DNA of 63,701 nucleotides, filler included, from Collodictyon triciliatum (Eukaryota): the NCBI GenBank assembly GCA_043381765.1. It is 20 parts of 20 records of this genome, joined end to end, with 100 filler letters (N's around TTAATTAATTAA, not from the genome) between each part and the next. Parts side by side here need not be neighbours in the genome. Positions count along the whole stretch, not along the records: positions 1 to 3,156 come from JBHJMP010007711.1; positions 3,257 to 6,409 come from JBHJMP010007714.1; positions 6,510 to 9,662 come from JBHJMP010007715.1; positions 9,763 to 12,915 come from JBHJMP010007716.1; positions 13,016 to 16,167 come from JBHJMP010007717.1; 15 more parts are not named here. The stretch is one strand, 5' to 3'. A program made the translations under genes and the position numbers. Shown here piece after piece: positions 1 to 13,830 of the stretch. Under the pieces are notes generated by a model, which did not search any database, had not been told where the DNA came from, and saw only the letters and a program-made list of their open reading frames with translations. How positions within the stretch are numbered: the first letter of the stretch is position 1; every line of letters begins with the position of its first letter.

Positions 1-316
1 TAGGTGGTTGCACCCAAGAGTTACAATTGAGCGGCCTCATCATAAAGTTTTGTTGATTGCTGGTATTCGAAGGTGGTTCGTCCATTGAAGATGCCTGCTT
101 CAAATGTTCAAGATTTTTTCCGTGTTTAGCTGGAGGATGATCACGATGGGTTGATTTAGATATTGACTCAACACAAGCGCGGTCGGTCTCCCCATTATTT
201 ATATCCAAGAACGATAAAACATCTCTTTTGTTGGGAGTGCTGCTGGGTTCATTCGAGGCTTCCCCGGCATGATGACCAGGCCACTGATTTGCGTTTGGAT
301 GAGAGGCCCTTTTCAC
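1..316 (-). CDS. Exon of unknown low-complexity protein (runs off window edge)
   Basis: After a ctctcag acceptor an open frame VKRASHPNANQWPGHHAGEAS...NSWVQPP runs to position 1 with no stop. Confidence 0.35.
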   Translation of the reverse strand, partial: MKRASHPNANQWPGHHAGEASNEPSSTPNKRDVLSFLDINNGETDRACVESISKSTHRDHPPAKHGKNLEHLKQASSMDEPPSNTSNQQNFMMRPLNCNSWVQPP

Positions 317-904
317 CTGAGAGCAGCCAAAGAGAAAATCCTTCATCTCACCAATCTATGATCGGCGCGGAAAAAAAAAATCAAGAATGTTTAAACGGAC
401 TTATGTCCTCTTTTTTTTTCCTCTTGAGTCTGGGTACACACCAAATTAAAGGAACGATTGCCTTCTACCAGGAAAATATTCATCAAGTTTCCGTGTCAGT
501 TGTTAGTGTCAGAGTTAGTTTTTTTTTTTTTTTTTTTGGAATGTTTGTGGTGGGATAGGTGCTAAAGGATCTTGCACCCACAAGGAGTGAAGTAAGGTTG
601 GGCGACCAATGATTTTGTTGCTCAAACGAGGGTGCGGACTCCTAATCCATCCATATCTGGAAATTAGGTCGGATGGAACTAGAGCATCAAAGAACACCTC
701 TTCTGGAAAAAAGCTTACATATGGTTTTCTTCTATTTCATTCTGCGCGGGTGCCATAAAACGATAAATACAAGAATATGAAGAAAATCAATGATCTGATA
801 TCAAAGTGGAGAGTCTGCTGAAAACATACACTAAGCAGTTAATCAGATTAGGGTTTATTGATAGAATAGTGTCATACAATCAAAATGTGATTGAAATATT
901 TCGT

Positions 905-2998
905 TCATTTCATAGCACGAAAGAAATAACTAAAGTCTATGGCATCGTTGATGCCATGAGACAAGAGAACTTTGACATATGAAAAGAAGTGATATCGACA
1001 AGATTGGGCCAAAGGATAGTAGAGCAAATGTCTCAACCCAAATGTCTTGTAATACGTAAATCTTTCTTTCCACGACATTCGCATTTCATTCTTTTGAAGA
1101 TGGTTGGTGATACGAGGGGGTTGAATTTTACGGTTGGTTGGGTATGAATCAGAGTGAGATTCTTCATTACGCTCAGTCAAGTGTGCGTTCAACAACTCAA
1201 GTGTATAGCAGGTAAAAGGCATATCACGCTGGAAATTCTCATCTACCGATACATACTTCTGTAAGGATTTCCGAAAATAAGACCAGTCAACACCGAATGA
1301 ATCCGATAAAATCGACCTTACCAAAAATATAACCATAAGAGGTGTAACACAAAATGAGCGAGTCGTTTCCCACGCGAATAAGTCTGACATTGAAAAAAAC
1401 AGCAATGTTATATTGAATAGCAGAAATATATTTTCAAAATAGGCAAAGCAGTGCTTATATTGCAGTTTCGTAAAATTCATCAAGATAAAACACTCTGAAA
1501 TAATCGAAAAGATAGAAGCATATGTCATGAAGTTTGATATTTCTTTTCCAGATTGTGTTAGCTCATAAAGACTTGTAAATAAACAAAAGATGGACAATAT
1601 GTCCACTATATTCAATAAATTTTTAAAAGGCCTCCGCATGCTTGGCTTGAGTGATTTGATAATTGTTTGGAGCAAAGATGGCTCCTTGAATCGAATAGAA
1701 CTTCTGGATGCGGGGAATATGACACTGATTCTATTCGTGTCTAGATACGACTGTGTAGCCATTATACTGGATTCAGTAAAATAGGGGTGCTTTATATAAT
1801 CAGATAAGTTTAATGGGTAGTTATGATGTTTTTCTTCACTTGAGAAACTTTTTTTTGAAGAATGACCTAAAGGGTCGTCGAATGCTTGCGTTGGATTCGG
1901 GGATAAGGTGCAAGATTCCTGAACTCTTACAAAGAGCCTTCTTCTTTTCGAATTTATGTAGTCGCAAAGTATTGCCTTCCATTCAGGAGTAAAAGGTATT
2001 CGAATCATACCTTGGCAGTAACATTTTGGTCTAAATGGATCGAAAATCAAAAAGTACATCTTCTTTGATAGAAAGGTAATCGTGTTAAATGAGGAAAACG
2101 AAAAGAGCTCTATTACTGATAATTGAATCCATTTTGTATCTATAACCATTTTGCTGCGGTACTTTTCCCACATGAACTGGGCAGAAAAATAAACATAAAC
2201 TTGGACAGCTACACCCACTGCAACAGCGATGGTTCCTATGTGGATTTTATGGCCAATTATTTCTCCCTTGAATGTCCTGAACACACTCATTCGCCGGGTT
2301 AAAAGTTTTGAATTCTGAAATGAACGAAAAAGAAATTTGGCGTTGATGTAGATGCAATCCGTCGATGTATTGCTTACTGAGCTGGATTCTTTTGTAGGCT
2401 TTTTGCTCAAACTACCAGAACTTTGAACAAGTGCAGCGTCATCCATTAATGAATGCTTAAATATCTTTTCATAATACTTGAAAACTTTTTTCGACGCCTC
2501 TATCAGTACAGCATTCAAATAACTAAAGAAATACACAATCATCAATGATAATACATCCCATAAAGATGCCTCGGTAACATAAGCCAGAAGGATCCAATTT
2601 GTGAGAAGATTTGCTATGATGAACACAGTATCAAAGAACTTTAAACAGTCAATAACAATATATCTGATGTAAAGCACCCAGAATGAAACCATCATAAACA
2701 GGGGTAATACAGATAATCCGTAGAGAATGTACTGAGACAGAAATCCTGGATCGTTGAGGTGTTTGAAGTAGAGGACAACAACCCCCAACCAAAGAATAAA
2801 CGAGGGGACCATCAAATACCTCAGATACCAGCGAAAGCATACGCCCCCATTTCCGCCCAAGAAGTAAGTAGCTATCGAGTCATCTTCACTGACCATCTTG
2901 AAAGTGCCTGAGCTCAGAAACATCATGTGGAACCGTTCCTCACTTTCCATTTTTCTCTCGCCTGCCCGCAAAACACGATAAAATAAACCGGAGCACAA
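905..2998 (-). CDS. Long uninterrupted multi-pass membrane protein with internally duplicated module; paralog of 13831-15789
   Basis: 697 aa ORF with many hydrophobic helices. Two copies of an F(D/E)xxF...(D/E)(A/S) module (KFFDTVFIIAN...VLIEA; AYFENIFLLFN...DLFAWETTRS...ILSDS). The true C-terminus may be spliced. Confidence 0.8.
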   Translation of the reverse strand: MCSGLFYRVLRAGERKMESEERFHMMFLSSGTFKMVSEDDSIATYFLGGNGGVCFRWYLRYLMVPSFILWLGVVVLYFKHLNDPGFLSQYILYGLSVLPLFMMVSFWVLYIRYIVIDCLKFFDTVFIIANLLTNWILLAYVTEASLWDVLSLMIVYFFSYLNAVLIEASKKVFKYYEKIFKHSLMDDAALVQSSGSLSKKPTKESSSVSNTSTDCIYINAKFLFRSFQNSKLLTRRMSVFRTFKGEIIGHKIHIGTIAVAVGVAVQVYVYFSAQFMWEKYRSKMVIDTKWIQLSVIELFSFSSFNTITFLSKKMYFLIFDPFRPKCYCQGMIRIPFTPEWKAILCDYINSKRRRLFVRVQESCTLSPNPTQAFDDPLGHSSKKSFSSEEKHHNYPLNLSDYIKHPYFTESSIMATQSYLDTNRISVIFPASRSSIRFKEPSLLQTIIKSLKPSMRRPFKNLLNIVDILSIFCLFTSLYELTQSGKEISNFMTYASIFSIISECFILMNFTKLQYKHCFAYFENIFLLFNITLLFFSMSDLFAWETTRSFCVTPLMVIFLVRSILSDSFGVDWSYFRKSLQKYVSVDENFQRDMPFTCYTLELLNAHLTERNEESHSDSYPTNRKIQPPRITNHLQKNEMRMSWKERFTYYKTFGLRHLLYYPLAQSCRYHFFSYVKVLLSHGINDAIDFSYFFRAMK

Positions 2999-3256
2999 GA
3001 GAAAAGCAACTTAGTTTTTCTATTATTATCAAGAAAAGGAAAGAATGTGCCATGGATGCATCATAGATGTGTAAGTCTTTGTAGCTTATGTTGTTGACTT
3101 TGAGAAGTGATCAGCAAAGTTTTCTTCACATACACACACACAGCTGACGAGTTTTANNNNNNNNNNNNNNNNNNNNNNNNNNNNNNNNNNNNNNNNNNNN
3201 TTAATTAATTAANNNNNNNNNNNNNNNNNNNNNNNNNNNNNNNNNNNNNNNNNNNN

Positions 3257-3475
3257 AAAGGATAAAGGATAAAGGATAAAGGATAAAGGATAAAGGATAA
3301 AGGATAAAGGATAAAGGATAAAGGATAAAGGATAAAGGATAAAGGATAAAGGATAAAGGATAAAGGATAAAGGACAAAGAATACAGAATAAAGAATAAAG
3401 AATACAGAATACAGAATACAGAATACAGAATACAGAATAAAGAATAGAGAATAAAGAATAAAGAGTAAAGAATAA
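3257..3475. repeat. 7-mer microsatellite (AAAGGAT)n grading into (A[A/C]AGAAT)n
   Basis: Direct reading; contig end, inside a PI4KA intron. Confidence 0.95.
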
Positions 3476-3518
3476 GCAATGATTATGGCAATGGTGAGAG
3501 CGAAGACGAAGGCAATAC

Positions 3519-6300
<2,782 letters not shown>

Positions 6301-6306
6301 TGCAAA

Positions 6307-6409
6307 ATAATAACAATAACAATAACAATAACAATAACAATAACAATAACAATAACAATAACAATAACAATAACAATAATAATAACAATAATAATAACAA
6401 TAATAATAA
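6307..6409. repeat. (AATAAC)n/(AAT)n microsatellite
   Basis: Direct reading; contig end. Confidence 0.95.
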
Positions 6410-6509
6410 NNNNNNNNNNNNNNNNNNNNNNNNNNNNNNNNNNNNNNNNNNNNTTAATTAATTAANNNNNNNNNNNNNNNNNNNNNNNNNNNNNNNNNNN
6501 NNNNNNNNN

Positions 6510-6621
6510 AAAGAAAAAGAAAAAGAAAAAGAAAAAGAAAAAGAAAAAGAAAAAGAAAAAGAAAAAGAAAAAGAAAAAGAAAAAGAAAAAGAAAAAGAAA
6601 AAGAAAAGAGAAAAAGAAAAA
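6510..6621. repeat. (AAAAAG)n microsatellite
   Basis: Direct reading; contig end. Confidence 0.95.
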
Positions 6622-6780
6622 ACAAACAAACAAAGCCTCAAATTTACAGCAGATTGCCATTATTATTACAATGGCTGATAATAAAAAATAAAAAAATTCA
6701 GCATCTTTATGGAGGGAAAAAGATTCAAGTCTGGTTTCCTCTCTTCTCACCAGCTACTCAGTGCAGACCGTTTCATTTAT

Positions 6781-7889
6781 TTAGCTGCTGTCTTTGGTCG
6801 TTGATACCGCGACATTCTGGACAAGGACGGATATTGAACCGGATATCTTGTGCTTGTCACCAAAGAGAGAGCATAGCCGCGTTCCGTGGTCATAAATGGA
6901 TAGACGAGTCCAGCCAATGACAGGGTGCTTTGCCATGGGCGTTGCGTTGCACAAGGTAACGTGGATTGGGCCGGCACCGTACTCGAATGTAAACTTTTCG
7001 TTGAAAAAGACAGGTGGCTAAATGAAGGAAAATGGAGTTTGATACGGCGCATGAGAATGGATTTCCGTAGTTGTTTCATTCTCTATTGATACCAAATAAA
7101 ATCCACTTGACATGAAAGGTCTCGCTTATTCAAATAAACCATGTCTTACCTTTGCATTATACCGGATGGATGAGGTTTGAACTTTGCCTGCGTGCTCAAC
7201 TTTCACAAACAAGTCATACGTATTCGATTTCTTCATTTTAAACTAGTGGCGTATACGTGATTCAATAATAATAATANNNNNNNNNNNNNNNNNNNNNNNN
7301 NNNNNNNNNNNNNNNNNNNNNNNNNNNNNNNNNNNNNNNNNNNNNNNNNNNNNNNNNNNNNNNNNNNNNNNNNNNNNNNNNNNNNNNNNNNNNNNNNNNN
7401 NNNNNNNNNNNNNNNNNNNNNNNNNNNNNNNNNNNNNNNNNNNNNNNNNNNNNNNNNNNNNNNNNNNNNNNNNNNNNNNNNNNNNNNNNNNNNNNNNNNN
7501 NNNNNNNNNNNNNNNNNNNNNNNNNNNNNNNNNNNNNNNNNNNNNNNNNNNNNNNNNNNNNNNNNNNNNNNNNNNNNNNNNNNNNNNNNNNNNNNNNNNN
7601 NNNNNNNNNNNNNNNNNNNNNNNNNNNNNNNNNNNNNNNNNNNNNNNNNNNNNNNNNNNNNNNNNNNNNNNNNNNNNNNNNNNNNNNNNNNNNNNNNNNN
7701 NNNNNNNNNNNNNNNNNNNNNNNNNNNNNNNNNNNNNNNNNNNNNNNNNNNNNNNNNNNNNNNNGGTTCGTGCTCGAGGACTTCTGCTTTTGTTCGTGTG
7801 TGAATGACCCATGATGGTAATGATGAGTAAGATACAGCAGATTCGAAAGGGCCTTGATTTACGGGGTGTGTTGCATTTGGTATTGGCAT
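6781..7889 (-). CDS. C2-domain protein, multi-exon, spans an internal N gap
   Basis: Exons ~7150-7243 (YDLFVKVEHAGKVQTSSIRYNAK) and 6781-7017 (PPVFFNEKFTFEYGAGPIHVTLCNATPMAKHPVIGWTRLSI...SGSISVLVQ..stop) give the C2 pattern. Probable first exon MPIPNATH.. at 7765-7889. Confidence 0.75.
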
Positions 7890-8637
7890 TTTGATTTGTC
7901 GGGGTGTGGCAGTGTATTGAGATTCTTTTGGTTCGGACTTTTGCACATAAATCACATTGGCCGAGTGACTTGCGGGCTCATGTGAAAATGAGCGGTGCTT
8001 TATTTTTATTTTTCATTTTATTTTGGTGGTTAATAATGGCATAAATAATTTCCATTTTTTTTTAAAAAAAGTAACATGAAACTTATTCAGACATTTTTTG
8101 ATTTATTTATTCATGTAATCAAAGCCAAATTAATCAAGGATGTGCATCAGAATTGGAAAACCAATAGAAAAGAAGGCGCGAAAGAAAAAGAAGAACCGAA
8201 AAATGCCGCTCCATCGATGTGTAACTGCTTGGAGTCAGTGTAGAAAAACCATCTGCTGACTATGAAAACATTTTCTCCCCATTAGAATGTGGATCGATTC
8301 ACAAAAATTGGACCATGAAATAATTTTTTTTATCGCTTCATAATACAACTATAGTAATTCTTGTAAGAGTTATACCAGTGGATCTTCGAAGTTGGCAGCC
8401 AAAATTATGCAAAAAAAAAAAAGAGATTATTTTAGTGAATAAGAATGATGCTATTCAAATCAAACATTCATGAATGCGAATGTCATTCGCACAGGGATTC
8501 AATAGAGTACCAAATAATGCAAATCTGAAAAGAACAAATCAGCAAGAAGAGAATATAGGATAAAGACAAAAATCATGCAAATAAAACACAAGCATTTATG
8601 GATATGCTGAGTCGTGCATCATTTCAAAGATAACATA

Positions 8638-8867
8638 CATGTAGACTGTGTTCTTCGGAGAGGGAACTGGGCCGATTGGCTTTGATACGAAGCTGTTTGA
8701 TACTGAGGATTTATCTGCTGCTGACTCGCATAGGTCGTTCTCTCGCGCCCAAACTCACGGGACACTTGTGCAGACCACGATGCCGTGGAGAGAGGCCGCT
8801 GATCCGCAACGACTTTGTGCGAGGCAAACGTCTCCGAGTGGAATGGCCGCGCCGGTTGTCTTTGCGA
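8638..8867 (-). CDS. Possible exon of an unknown protein
   Basis: Frame bounded by tttag and gtatgt: SQRQPARPFHSETFASHKVVADQRPL...PLRRTQST. Neighbouring exons could not be resolved. Confidence 0.3.
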
Positions 8868-9559
8868 CTAAACAGCGAGCGATTGTGAGACAAAGCCACT
8901 TTTCTTGGATACTTAAACAAATATATGCATGTATATAAATCAAACGTGCAGCCGAGCAGAATGATGCAAAGTTACCTGCGAGTTCATGAAAAAGTCTACG
9001 ACACAACTTTGCACGAAGCAGCGGCAGTTGGAGCGTTTCCTCTCAGATAACCCAGGAAAAGCGCTTCTGCTTTAAGTGCAACAGCAGCAGCAGCAGCAGC
9101 TTTTTTTTGTCTACCTGCTACACGGAGAAGTGAAGCATCATATCATTCCTTTCCTTTCATTAGATGTGCTCTCTTTCTCTTCTGCTCTGTCGTGCTCTGC
9201 AGAAAAATGGAGTCCCAACGCGTCTTTCTTTTCTTCTCTCTCTTCCTTTTTGTCTTCTTTTCTCCTCCACACATGCGGTTTCCTGGAGTCCTTGTGCGCC
9301 ATACACGACCGCATCCGTCCATCTATGTCCTTTTCTGTGTGTCAATCTACTTCCAATTATGTAATTCAAATGTGGAAAATAGTTTCTATCACATCTGTGG
9401 TCACCCTTTTTTTTTTCTTCGTTGTTGTAGCACGAAGCCTTAATGGCTCCGCCCTTTCTTTGTTGGGAACCCTTGGAAAACGCGAGTGGTTGACGAGCAG
9501 ACATAAACAACTCGACCGAAACACTCCCAACATCAGGCACAGATACCTTGCAACTTGAG

Positions 9560-9960
9560 CAAAAAACAAAAAACAAAAAACAAAAAACAAAAAACAAAAA
9601 ACAAAAAACAAAAAACAAAACAAAAAAAACAAAAAAAAAAAAACAAAAAAAAAAAAAAAAAANNNNNNNNNNNNNNNNNNNNNNNNNNNNNNNNNNNNNN
9701 NNNNNNTTAATTAATTAANNNNNNNNNNNNNNNNNNNNNNNNNNNNNNNNNNNNNNNNNNNNAAAACAAAAAAAAAACAAAAAAAACAAAAAACAAAAAC
9801 CAGAAAGAAAACCAGAAAGAAAACCAGAAAGAAAACCAGAAAGAAAACCAGAAAGAAAACCAGAAAGAAAACCAGAAAGAAAACCAGAAAGAAAACCAGA
9901 AAGAAAACCAAAAAGAAAACCAAAAAGAAAACCAAAAAGAAAACCAAAAAGAAAACCAAA
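9560..9960. repeat. (AAAAAAC)n and 12-mer (AAAACCAGAAAG)n arrays flanking a spacer
   Basis: Direct reading; the unit switches to AAAACCAAAAAG distally. Confidence 0.95.
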
Positions 9961-10062
9961 CCAATCCCAACATCATACACGATCATAATTTTGCTGTCTA
10001 TCTGATTCCCTCTAATTTAATATTTGCATTTATGTGAAACTTTGATGGTATACATACTTCAG

Positions 10063-12815
10063 TTACTATCCAGCCAAAACGAGACAGACCCTTCCGACAT
10101 TAGCTTTAAGGACCCTACCGTTCTTCCAATGCTTTTTCGCCTGGCTGGAAGGAGCTCTGACCTTCAGAAAATCGAATTATATGATCGATTTCTTGGTTGG
10201 ATTCAAAATAATTACTACAATCTCAAGAGATCTTGCCAAAATGGTGTATCTGGAATCGTTCTCGAGCAATTGATGCTTACCACGAACGCGTCAGTTTACA
10301 GTGAGTGAATTGTTTTGGAATTAATGCAATTCTTATCACCCAGTACTTGGCCTCTGGGTTGTGCCTTTGTTTTCTTCTTCCTTTTACAGACCATTAAATA
10401 GCCAGCGTGAATTCATAAATACTGATTCTATGGATAGGTCGACTCTACTCTATTCTTTCTGCGTTGTGGTCGTACTCAATGTCTCTGCAGGATATTCGCA
10501 CTCTTTTTGCTTTTTTTCGGAAACCTTGGAGTGATTCAGTAAGATAAAACTTAGCAGAAAACGAATGAAATTTTAGATACATGATTTTCGTCTCGTTTGC
10601 TGATTCAGACTATTTTTGCCTATAATACTCGATTTTTTATGTAAAGCCCAGGACTATCCAAGATCTCATAAGGCTACTCGGGCTTCTATGCGCTTCGAAT
10701 GCGCCTCACGGATTTTTTGATATGAATGGACAAAATTCGGTATGTTTAAGATATTTCCTTTTATTTTTTATGGATATGAATAAGAAAGTAAAATTCCATC
10801 AGACAACATAGACCAATTACAAAATCTCACATACCTAGGGAATTTTCCTTCAATCCATACCCAAGTTTCCAGAAGCTGGATACACTTTCTATGTATGGAT
10901 TCGGTTTCCTTGTCCAACCTCTTCCGTATCTGTTGAGCAAGAGCAGATCATATTTTGGTGAGACGGAAGAGATGAAATAATTGCAAATAATTCAGAAAAC
11001 CAAGTTAATTGATCAGTATTATGTATATTTTAATGTTTAGTGGTTCCTCCATGGAAGGAAAAGGAATCAAAATGGTGTTCAATACAGAAAAATGCCAAAT
11101 CGGCACTTTACAAATAACAGGAGAATCGATTTCTCCGAGTATCAAATACTTTGGTTATAGATTCTTGAATGATTGTTGGTACCATATCGCTCTGCGCCAC
11201 AAATATAATCGATTTACAAGGTATATTCCGTTCGATATTCTCTTACATGACTATATGAGAGAGCTGATTTGTTCTTCTATTTGAATAAGCTCTGAGATTG
11301 AACTCTTCGTTGGGGGTGAATCTGTGGATAGGTCATCTTCAAGATACCCAAAGGCTGATTCTGTGAGGGAAAAATTTATTATACATAAAAACCTTACAAA
11401 TTACTGCATACGCATTTACTATTACATTATATCTGAAGACTAATCATATTATCGTCTAATATTTTCTTTATCGTGCAAAAGCAAATTTTTGTTTGCGTTG
11501 GTTTTGAGCCTGATTTAGGAAGTGCCGATCGGGATTTAATTCCAAAATCAGAGTATGTAAATATATCATGTAGACTTTATGATAAAAAGAGAAGCGAATT
11601 GTTATTCGATAATTTTTTTTAAAAAAAATTGAAAAGAAAGGGACTCACATATACCCTTTATCAAGTAGAGGTCAGTTTTGTGGGCAAATAGCGTCTATTT
11701 ATTTCTCCTCAGAGATTCTCACAAATACCAGAATCAAGTCTATTTTTGATGCAGGAATATCAGCAGCCTCAGATTTTCCTATAAATGAGTAAGAGATACG
11801 GCTCACATCACTTTTTTCTTCTTCTTATTCTTACATGTTTCTACTTTATCTCAATTTATATATGTTGCCTCTCACCTTTTCGTAATAAACAAAAAGCGGC
11901 ACAATCGAAACTTAAGCTGATCTCCTAAAATCATCGAATACTCAGGTCGACATCAATGTCCGAAACAGATAGTTTTATCGAAGGGAAAATTCACAGCAAA
12001 ATACTGTTTTGCTATGAACCTAAGGTTTAAACAAGTGTTAACAGATGTATATGAGAAACTTAAGATAAACTGATGCTCATAATTTCTTTCATTTAGAAGT
12101 ATATGATTAAAAAAAATTAAATGCATATGATGTATTCCTAAATAAGTATGACAAAGCCGATGTCGATACCAATCAAACACTAGGCTGTGTGTTATGATGG
12201 GCAGCCATTATCAGTCTATCGAGCAGGCAGATCATATGTATCTAAGTATAAACCAAAATTGTATCCTGGGACTGAGGCCCACATTCGACTAACTTTCAGT
12301 GGTGCAATACAAGCAGTTGGATCAGTCATGGTTTTTTTTTTGAATTTTGCACCAATCAACGTGAACTTGCTAAACAGAAAAATTTGATGCACTTGATCAT
12401 TCTGATTTAGATATTTGAACCATATTAGGTATTACTACCCTTAATATCTCAACTCGGTTCGATGTGCTCCCTACAAAGCAATGATGAAATACCTTCAATA
12501 ACGCAAGTCATCGACCTTCTCGTTCTTTTACTTCAGTAAGATGCCCCTTTTCAATTTTTCTAGTTTAAATGAAATTTGATGCTAGATCATTTTTACTACG
12601 TATGGCCCAACTATTCCCAACCATAAATGCAACAATTATTATTGTCCTTATTGTTATTATTATAACAACCAGGAAATCATCAGCCCATATGGAAGCTCTA
12701 CTAAAGGACGAGGGTTTCTTGATTCTCGGGACCATATTAAATTCAATCAAACCCATTATGTTTCCAGAAATGTTCTCTAGCCTTCAACATCTTGAAAAGG
12801 CAGTTGTAAAAAATG
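10063..12815 (+). CDS. Neurobeachin/LRBA/NBEAL-like (BEACH family) protein, N-terminal ConA-like region, multi-exon, partial
   Basis: Spliced reading: YSMSLQDIRTLF...APHGFFDMNGQNSGIFLQSIPKFPEAGYTFYVWIRF...DCWYHIALRHKYNRFTSSEIELFVGGE...QFCGQIASIYF. This is the laminin-G/ConA-like signature of neurobeachin-type proteins. The BEACH domain itself is outside the contig. Confidence 0.85.
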
Positions 12816-12816
12816 G

Positions 12817-12820
<4 letters not shown>

Positions 12821-12915
<95 letters not shown>
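12821..12915. repeat. (ACT)n microsatellite
   Basis: Direct reading; intronic, contig end. Confidence 0.95.
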
Positions 12916-13015
12916 NNNNNNNNNNNNNNNNNNNNNNNNNNNNNNNNNNNNNNNNNNNNTTAATTAATTAANNNNNNNNNNNNNNNNNNNNNNNNNNNNN
13001 NNNNNNNNNNNNNNN

Positions 13016-13267
13016 CAAGCGAAGAGAGATGTGGGAATGTGTCGTGCGATATCTCCCACAGCATATCCAACCCCTGCTACCCACGCAGCCAATCAACCAG
13101 TTGGGTCGCCCACCCGACCAACTCGCTATCACTGACTTCCTTCCAGTGCTACCCTCTCCACGGTAGTGTCTTCCCCACTCGCGTTTGCTCTCTACCATGC
13201 GCACCTATCTCGCCCCTTTGTATGGCACAACCTCGTTGCATTTTGAATCGAATAAAAAGAAAAAAAA
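13016..13267 (+). mobile_element. 3' end of LINE-like element, family B
   Basis: Clearly alignable to the reverse complement of 61756-61948. Ends in TTTGAATCGAATAAAAAG(A)n. Encodes KRREMWE...QLAITDFLP..stop, resembling the C-terminus of the family A ORF (RRDMWK...QFLIIDYF). Confidence 0.75.
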
Positions 13268-13830
13268 TTGATATAATACCAGAGCCCACATTTCTCAACA
13301 GTTTTAGGTAGAAAACATCGAGTGCTTGGCGGCTGCAACATAATATTGCTGGGCATAGGTTTTGGAAAGCCCTACGGAAATATTCAGAAGTTCGAATCTG
13401 CATTGTGATTAGTGATCCATGTAAGGATTTAACCCTTTGGAATATTTTACATATAATGGCGATGTAACAACTTTGGTAGAATCCCAGGGTATGCTTTTGC
13501 TAGGTTTGAGCTCGCAGTTCAAATTACAAACCAGATTCGTTTCCCACATAAATTCCAAAAATAGATTAAATGTTGAATTTTGAACGTGACACCATCGAAA
13601 GCTCTTTCTTTCAGTGGTCAGAGAAAGAGGCCGTTTCGATGGATAAGACAAACAACCATCCCCATGGCCAACTTTATGGTTGAGTGACCTTACCATGGAA
13701 CAAAAATCCCTCAAAAGTAAATCAATTGCCAGGGTATGATGAACTTCACTAATCCTTCTGATTCTCTTGTAGAATTAGCCCACCGGCCATCCTTAATACA
13801 GAGAAGGGAGCTAAAAGTTTTCAAATATAA

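Noticed and set aside
3201-3212. TTAATTAATTAA as a biological repeat or transposon target site
   Set aside because: Always centred in exactly 44+44 Ns; it is a six-frame-stop assembly linker.
3257-3372. (AAAGGAT)n or (CACCATCA)n as telomeric repeats
   Set aside because: Each contig end has a different unit, and this array lies in a PI4KA intron.
13270-13800. Minus-strand ORFs 13149-13714
   Set aside because: No recognisable protein or consistent splice pattern.
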